DNA of 64,000 nucleotides from NCBI RefSeq assembly GCF_056712565.1, contig NZ_CM160072.1; one strand, 5' to 3'. Shown piece by piece: positions 53,458 to 64,000 of this stretch (position 1 is its first letter; each line of letters starts with the position of its first letter). The notes under the pieces were generated by a model. It saw only the letters and a program-made list of their open reading frames with translations, ran no database searches and was not told where the DNA came from. The position numbers and the translations under genes were made by a program.

Positions 53458-54816
53458 TTACGCTACGTCTTCGTACTGCGGAACCGGGTTACGGAAACTC
53501 TTGGTTACGCAAGCCAGGTAAATCAGACCGATAGCAGCCCAGATCAGACCCAGAACCATTGAGCTTTCTTCCAGGTTAACCCACAGCGCACCAACGGTCA
53601 GCGCACCACACATCGGCAGGAACAGATACTGGAAGTGATCTTTCAGCGTTTTGTTACGCTTCTCACGGATCCAGAACTGCGAGATGACCGACAGGTTAAC
53701 GAAGGTGAACGCCACCAACGCACCAAAGTTAATCAGCGCCGTAGCCATTACCAGGTCGAAGTTGATTGCCAGCAGGGCAATCGCGCCAACCAGGATGATA
53801 TTCATCGCCGGAGTACGCCATTTCGGGTGTACATAACCGAAGAAGCTTTTCGGGAACACGCCGTCACGACCCATTACGTACATCAGACGCGCAACGCCTG
53901 CGTGCGCCGCCATACCGGACGCCAGTACGGTAATGGTGGAGAAGATCAGCGCGCCAACCTGGAACGCTTTACCCGCAACGTACAGCATGATTTCAGGCTG
54001 TGACGCATCCGGATCTTTAAAACGAGAGATATCCGGGAAGTACAGCTGCAGGAAGTAAGTTGCAAAGATGAAGATCATGCCGCCGATCAGCGCGGTCAGG
54101 AAAATCGCACGCGGGATCACGCGCTCTGCATCTTTGGTTTCTTCCGACAGGTTGCTGATGCCGTCAAAACCGGTAAAGGAGAAGCACAGGATTGTCGCCC
54201 CGGTAATCATCGGGATAACATGCGCATCGCCAGACCAGAACGGACGAGTGCTCGCCAGCGTACCAGCGCCTTCACCTTCAAATACGCCATAAACAACCAT
54301 GCCCAGAATCACCGCGATCAGCACTATCTGCAACACGACGATTACAGTGTTGAAGTTCGCTACGGATTTCAGACTACGCAGGTTAAAGGCGGTCATAAAG
54401 GCCACCAGAGCCACCACAAACATCCACGATGGAATGGAAGGCACCAGAGCTTCAAAATAGATTTTCGCCAGCAGAATGTTGATCATCGGCGCGAACAGAT
54501 AGTCGAGCAGAGAAGACCAACCCACCATAAAGCCGACAGTCGGGCTAATGGATTTCTGGGCGTAAGTGTATGCAGAGCCAGCAGAAGGATAGCGGCGAAC
54601 CAGCTTCCCGTAGCTCAGAGCCGTAAACAGGATCGCAATCAATGCGAACGCATAGGCTGTCGGCACATGACCATCCGTGAGGCCTGAAACGATACCAAAT
54701 GTATCAAACAGCGTCATCGGCTGCATATAGGCTAGACCCATCATTACAACCGGAACTAACGTAAGCGTTTTACGCAATTCCACGCGAGAGGTGTTTGGAG
54801 TAACGTTATGCAACAT
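53458..54816 (-). CDS. plaP: putrescine importer PlaP (YeeF), APC-family transporter
   Basis: 452 aa from ATG at 54816; polytopic amino-acid/polyamine permease. Confidence 0.85.
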   Translation of the reverse strand: MLHNVTPNTSRVELRKTLTLVPVVMMGLAYMQPMTLFDTFGIVSGLTDGHVPTAYAFALIAILFTALSYGKLVRRYPSAGSAYTYAQKSISPTVGFMVGWSSLLDYLFAPMINILLAKIYFEALVPSIPSWMFVVALVAFMTAFNLRSLKSVANFNTVIVVLQIVLIAVILGMVVYGVFEGEGAGTLASTRPFWSGDAHVIPMITGATILCFSFTGFDGISNLSEETKDAERVIPRAIFLTALIGGMIFIFATYFLQLYFPDISRFKDPDASQPEIMLYVAGKAFQVGALIFSTITVLASGMAAHAGVARLMYVMGRDGVFPKSFFGYVHPKWRTPAMNIILVGAIALLAINFDLVMATALINFGALVAFTFVNLSVISQFWIREKRNKTLKDHFQYLFLPMCGALTVGALWVNLEESSMVLGLIWAAIGLIYLACVTKSFRNPVPQYEDVA

Positions 54817-55082
54817 GGTCATTCTCCTTTACGGTGATAACCGTCGCGTAAGCAAAAAATTGCCCCATTTTTTTGGATTCCTCAGCGACAACAACTGTCG
54901 ATTTTTAGTAAATATCTATCCGGTACGAAGCCCGGCCTCTTGGTATGAATGATTGGTTTGAAGCAAAAAATAACCGACGCTAATTAAACGTCGGTTTTTA
55001 GTCATTTTTTGACAGCGGCGCATTGTGCCTAAATGGGGGGGAAATGACAAGAGAATGAGAGGCTTGCCATAATAATTTTTCT

Positions 55083-56012
55083 TTAAATGGCTGATTTTCC
55101 GTCATCAGATTTTGCATAAACACCGGCGATCGCACTATTTGCTAAAATTTCATCTCGCCACCAGCCGCTGGCAAGCCCTGCGGTCTGTTCATTCCAGCCA
55201 ATCCAGACGGGTTCAAAGAGAGTTTGGGCGACCACTTTCTTCTCGATTAACGCGCCACTATCGAGAAAACGTTGCGCCAGATACCGTGGTAAATAGCCGC
55301 AGCCAAGGCCGCTAATTTGCAGCTCCAGCTTGGTTTTAAAATCGAAAACGGTAATGGCTTCTTGTTCGTCGAGAAGTTGTGAGGCCGTAGAAGCGCCTGC
55401 CTGCGCAGTGTCCCCCACCACAATCGCCCGATATCGTTTAATGATACGACGGTTTAACGGTTCTTCTTCCTGGGCTAACGGATGATGAGGCGCGACCGCA
55501 AAGACTTGTTCAAGATCGCCCAACCGCGAGAAACCAAACTCACTGGAAGATGGTGGCTCATGCATCGCGCCAACGATAATATCCGCTCGCCCCTGAGTCA
55601 GGGCATCCCAGGAACCACCGAGTACGCCATTGATAAACTTCAGGCGCGTCACGCTATGATGTTGATAAAAAGCTTCAATGAGAGGCGCAAGCAGAGAAAA
55701 AGGAAACGTGTCGTCCACGCCAATCACCAGCTCGTTTTCCCAGCCTTCATGCAGTTTGATCGCCTGCTTTTCCAGTTCTCGCACGGTATGCAGAACTTCC
55801 CGCCCTTTCTCTAATAACATTTTTCCGGTACGGGTGAATTTAGCGCGGTGTCCGCTACGATCAAGCAATTGAATATTAAGGTCGCTTTCCAGCTTGTGAA
55901 CGGTGTAACTCAGAGCGGACGGCGTCTTGTAGAGTTTGGCTGACGCCGCCGCAAAACTGCCTTCTTTTTCTAAGGCATCGAGGATCATCAACACATCCAG
56001 CAGTGGTTTCAT
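55083..56012 (-). CDS. yeeY: LysR-family transcriptional regulator YeeY
   Basis: MKPLLDVLMILDALEKEGSFAAASAKLYKTPSALSYTVHKLE... HTH then LysR substrate-binding domain; 309 aa. Confidence 0.85.
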   Translation of the reverse strand: MKPLLDVLMILDALEKEGSFAAASAKLYKTPSALSYTVHKLESDLNIQLLDRSGHRAKFTRTGKMLLEKGREVLHTVRELEKQAIKLHEGWENELVIGVDDTFPFSLLAPLIEAFYQHHSVTRLKFINGVLGGSWDALTQGRADIIVGAMHEPPSSSEFGFSRLGDLEQVFAVAPHHPLAQEEEPLNRRIIKRYRAIVVGDTAQAGASTASQLLDEQEAITVFDFKTKLELQISGLGCGYLPRYLAQRFLDSGALIEKKVVAQTLFEPVWIGWNEQTAGLASGWWRDEILANSAIAGVYAKSDDGKSAI

Positions 56013-56057
56013 ACACGCCCCCTTGCAGTGCATGCGGCGTCCTGCTGGCGTGATCGT

Positions 56058-56882
56058 TTACTCCAGCGGCATTACCAGCGGATCGGGATACTGGTATTCA
56101 AATCCCAGTTCATTACAAATCCGACTGCCATCAATAATCTTACCTTTGCCGCTGTCCAGACTATTTCTGAACTGCGGAGGTTCCAGCCCCAGTAAACGGG
56201 CCATCTGCGGATAGAAAACATTACGCGCAGGGTGAGCTAGCGCACATATATTATAGATGTGTCCGCCTTTAGGTGCCTGTAACAACAGAGTGATAGCGCC
56301 AATAACATCTTCTAAATGGACTAAATTAACACCATGTTCACCATCAGGGGCGGTTTTTCCGGCAAAGAAGCGTCCGGGATGACGTCCCGGTCCGACCAGG
56401 CCCGCAAGACGCAGAATATCGACCGAAGTACCGGGTAAATTGTGCAGCCAGTCTTCGAGTTCTTCTAATACTCGTCCACTGTTGGTCACCGGATTACGCG
56501 GGGTGGTTTCTTTCACCGTGCCTTGCGCGTCGCCATAGACAGATGTCGAGCTGGTAAAAATAATGCGGGGAATACGATGGGCCAGCGCGCTATCCACTAA
56601 CTCTTGTACCGCTTGTAAATAGAACTCATCGCCGGGGCCGCTACGACGTGCCGGAAGCGTAATGACCAGCGCATCGGCATCCATCAGGGCATCCAGATCG
56701 TCAGAATCGCAAACTAACTCAGGCTCCATGCGAAGCAGATAGCTATCAATGCCACTCATTCGGGCCGCTTCGACACCATCTTGTGTGGTTTTACTCCCGG
56801 TGACTTGCCAGCCTCGCGCTGAAAGTGACATCGCCAGCGGCATGCCTAACCACCCTAACCCGACAATTGCGACCTTTTTCAT
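56058..56882 (-). CDS. yeeZ: NAD(P)-dependent epimerase/dehydratase-family protein YeeZ
   Basis: N-terminal Rossmann motif VAIVGLGWLG; 274 aa. Confidence 0.85.
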   Translation of the reverse strand: MKKVAIVGLGWLGMPLAMSLSARGWQVTGSKTTQDGVEAARMSGIDSYLLRMEPELVCDSDDLDALMDADALVITLPARRSGPGDEFYLQAVQELVDSALAHRIPRIIFTSSTSVYGDAQGTVKETTPRNPVTNSGRVLEELEDWLHNLPGTSVDILRLAGLVGPGRHPGRFFAGKTAPDGEHGVNLVHLEDVIGAITLLLQAPKGGHIYNICALAHPARNVFYPQMARLLGLEPPQFRNSLDSGKGKIIDGSRICNELGFEYQYPDPLVMPLE

Positions 56883-56964
56883 CCGTTATCTCCTGATACA
56901 CCTTAGATCTATAAGGCTACGCTAGCGTATCAAAACTGACAATTCATTCTATGAATGAATCTGT

Positions 56965-57219
56965 TCAATAATGATAACGACATGCTGCAATGAGCAGTGA
57001 ATCGTCGGTAACCGCGTATACCAGACGGTGCTCCTCTGTAATGCGTCGGGACCAGAAGCCTGACAAATTATGTTTCAGGGGTTCTGGCTTCCCCTTACCT
57101 TCAAATGGTGTTCTGCGTGTATCTTTGATAATTTCATTGATCTTTTTAACAATTCGCTTATCTGTTTCCTGCCAGTACAGATAATCATCCCATGATTCCT
57201 CAGACCAGATTAGTTTCAC
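56965..57219 (-). CDS. yoeB: toxin YoeB (ribosome-dependent mRNA interferase)
   Basis: [68 protein letters not shown]... 84 aa. Confidence 0.9.
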
Positions 57220-57467
57220 TCAATAATGTCCTTTTCCGTTCCTTTGCCTGATTTCAGGCTATCGATTGAGTCCATCAATCTCCGGGCGTTAGCGGGGGAA
57301 CGCAGTAGATAAGCCGTCTCTTCCAGCGAGTTGTATTCTTCGAGTGACATCAGAACACAAGCCTCTCCATTCTGACGAGTAATGAGGATCGGGGCATGAT
57401 CTTCAACGGCTTTCATCATTGTTGCCGACAAATTCTGACGCGCTTCGCTGTAGCTAATTGTACGCAT
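57216..57467 (-). CDS. yefM: antitoxin YefM
   Basis: [55 protein letters not shown]... 83 aa; 4-nt overlap with yoeB. Confidence 0.9.
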
Positions 57468-57749
57468 GTAAATCTCCTCTTTTGTACAGTTCATTGTACA
57501 ATGATGGGTGTTAATTAACTATTTATTAATTAGTTTGTAGATCAAGACATTGTCAGCGAGACGAAAAATCAGACTTTGCTCTTTTTGGTGCTGTCAAGTT
57601 AGAGGACAGTCCTCTTAGCCCCCTCCTTTCCCCGCTCATTCATTAAACAAATCCATCGCCATAAAATATATAAAAAACCCCTTGCTTTCTAACGTGAAAG
57701 TGGTTTAGGTTAAAAGACATCAGTTGAATAAACATTCACAGAGACTTTT

Positions 57750-57800
57750 ATGACACGCGTTCAATTTAAACACCACCATCATCACCATCATCCTGACTAG
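57750..57800 (+). CDS. hisL: his operon leader peptide
   Basis: MTRVQFKHHHHHHHPD (seven consecutive His codons). Confidence 0.95.
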   Translation: MTRVQFKHHHHHHHPD

Positions 57801-57863
57801 TCTTTCAGGCGATGTGTGCTGGAAGACATTCAGATCTTCCAGTGGTGCATGAACGCATGAGAA

Positions 57864-57898
57864 AGCCCCCGGAAGATCACCTTCCGGGGGCTTTTTTA
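57864..57898 (+). terminator. his attenuator terminator
   Basis: agcccccggaagatcaccttccgggggc followed by ttttttatt, between hisL and hisG. Confidence 0.85.
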
Positions 57899-57945
57899 TT
57901 GCGCGGTTGTTAACGGTTCAGACAGGTTTAAAGAGGAATAAGAAA

Positions 57946-58845
57946 ATGACAGACAACACTCGTTTACGCATAGCTATGCAGAAATCCGGCCGTTTAAGTG
58001 ATGACTCACGCGAATTACTGGCGCGCTGCGGCATTAAAATTAATCTTCACACCCAGCGCCTGATCGCGATGGCAGAAAACATGCCGATTGATATTCTGCG
58101 CGTGCGTGACGACGACATTCCCGGTCTGGTAATGGACGGCGTGGTAGATCTTGGGATTATCGGCGAAAACGTGCTGGAAGAAGAGCTGCTTAACCGCCGA
58201 GCCCAGGGTGAAGATCCGCGCTACTTTACCCTGCGTCGTCTGGATTTCGGCGGCTGCCGACTTTCACTGGCAACGCCGGTTGATGAAGCCTGGGACGGTC
58301 CGCTCTCCTTAAACGGTAAACGTATCGCCACCTCTTATCCTCACCTGCTCAAGCGTTATCTCGATCAGAAAGGTATCTCTTTTAAATCCTGCTTACTGAA
58401 CGGTTCTGTCGAAGTTGCGCCGCGTGCCGGACTGGCGGATGCGATTTGCGATCTGGTTTCCACCGGTGCCACGCTGGAAGCTAACGGCCTGCGCGAAGTC
58501 GAAGTTATCTACCGCTCGAAAGCCTGCCTGATCCAGCGCGATGGCGAAATGGAAGAATCCAAACAGCAACTGATCGACAAACTGCTGACCCGTATTCAGG
58601 GTGTGATCCAGGCGCGCGAATCAAAATACATCATGATGCACGCACCGACCGAACGCCTGGATGAAGTCATCGCCCTGCTGCCAGGTGCCGAACGCCCAAC
58701 CATTCTGCCGCTGGCGGGTGACCAACAGCGCGTAGCGATGCACATGGTGAGTAGCGAAACCCTGTTCTGGGAAACGATGGAAAAACTGAAAGCGTTGGGT
58801 GCCAGTTCAATCCTGGTCCTGCCGATTGAGAAGATGATGGAGTGA
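57946..58845 (+). CDS. hisG: ATP phosphoribosyltransferase
   Basis: [34 protein letters not shown]...; 299 aa; RBS aagagga upstream. Confidence 0.95.
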
Positions 58846-58850
58846 TCGCC

Positions 58851-61221
<2,371 letters not shown>

Positions 61222-61222
<1 letters not shown>

Positions 61223-62288
61223 TGAGTCAGAAGTATCTTTTTATCGATCGCGATGGAACCCTGATTAGCGAACCGCCGAGTGATTTTCAGGTGGACCGTT
61301 TTGACAAACTCGCCTTTGAACCAGGCGTGATCCCGGAGCTGCTGAAGCTGCAAAAAGCGGGCTACAAGCTGGTGATGATCACTAATCAGGATGGTCTGGG
61401 AACACAAAGTTTCCCGCAGGCGGATTTTGATGGCCCGCACAACCTGATGATGCAGATCTTCACCTCGCAAGGCGTGCAGTTTGATGAAGTGCTGATTTGT
61501 CCGCACCTGCCCGCCGATGAGTGCGACTGCCGTAAGCCGAAAGTAAAACTGGTGGAGCGTTATCTCGCTGAGCAAGCGATGGATCGCGCCAACAGTTATG
61601 TGATTGGCGATCGCGCGACCGACATTCAACTAGCTGAAAACATGGGCATTAATGGTTTACGCTATGACCGCGAAACCCTGAACTGGCCAATGATTGGCGA
61701 GCAGCTCACTAAACGAGACCGTTACGCCCATGTAGTGCGCAACACCAAAGAGACGCAAATTGACGTCCAGGTGTGGCTGGATCGCGAAGGTGGCAGCAAG
61801 ATTAACACCGGCGTTGGCTTCTTTGATCATATGCTGGATCAGATCGCCACCCACGGCGGTTTCCGCATGGAAATCAACGTTAAAGGCGACCTCTATATCG
61901 ACGATCACCACACCGTCGAAGATACCGGCCTGGCGCTGGGCGAAGCGTTAAAAATTGCCCTCGGTGACAAACGCGGTATTTGCCGCTTTGGTTTTGTGCT
62001 GCCGATGGACGAATGCCTTGCCCGTTGCGCGCTGGATATCTCTGGTCGCCCGCACCTGGAATATAAAGCTGAATTTACCTACCAGCGCGTGGGCGATCTC
62101 AGCACTGAAATGATCGAGCACTTCTTCCGTTCGCTCTCTTACACCATGGGTGTGACGCTACACCTGAAAACCAAAGGTAAAAACGATCACCACCGTGTAG
62201 AGAGCCTGTTCAAAGCCTTTGGTCGCACCCTGCGCCAGGCTATCCGCGTGGAAGGCGATACCCTGCCCTCGTCGAAAGGAGTGCTGTA

Positions 62289-62289
<1 letters not shown>
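61222..62289 (+). CDS. hisB: bifunctional histidinol-phosphatase / imidazoleglycerol-phosphate dehydratase
   Basis: [19 protein letters not shown]...; 355 aa. Confidence 0.95.

Positions 62290-64000
<1,711 letters not shown>

Overview
This window reads as an Escherichia coli chromosomal segment running from the 5' end of cobU (minus strand, window start) to the histidine operon (hisL, hisGDCBHA and partial hisF at the window end). The right-hand ~16 kb is conserved core: yeeX, yeeA, sbmC, dacD, sbcB, plaP, yeeY, yeeZ, the yoeB/yefM toxin-antitoxin pair and the his operon. The left ~47 kb (about 240..47900) is a mosaic, IS-riddled island that looks like a heavily remodelled CP4-44-type prophage remnant. 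It carries a frameshifted Fur-box TonB receptor, an IbrB/IbrA-like ParB plus PAPS-reductase pair, an AT-rich yaiS-yaiP-yaiX-yaiO-like envelope polysaccharide cluster, IS2, two IS110-family elements, IS66, ISL3 and IS21/IS100 elements or debris, a four-gene catabolic cluster, an iron-uptake ABC system with its receptor, and a cryptic-prophage tail (DUF932, antirestriction, RadC-like, yeeT, cbeA/cbtA, yeeW, yoeF). The most interesting feature is a tightly coupled three-gene operon (38247..42600) encoding a dynamin-like GTPase, a partner protein and a patatin-like phospholipase. It sits where CP4-44 carries flu (Ag43) in K-12, next to an internally deleted yeeP GTPase gene, and is preceded by a sigma70-like promoter followed by three clustered GATC sites, an arrangement reminiscent of a Dam-dependent phase-variation switch. 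I propose it as a candidate, not previously characterised, phage-defence or membrane-remodelling module. All calls rest on reading the sequence and ORF translations from memory of protein families; no database search was run.
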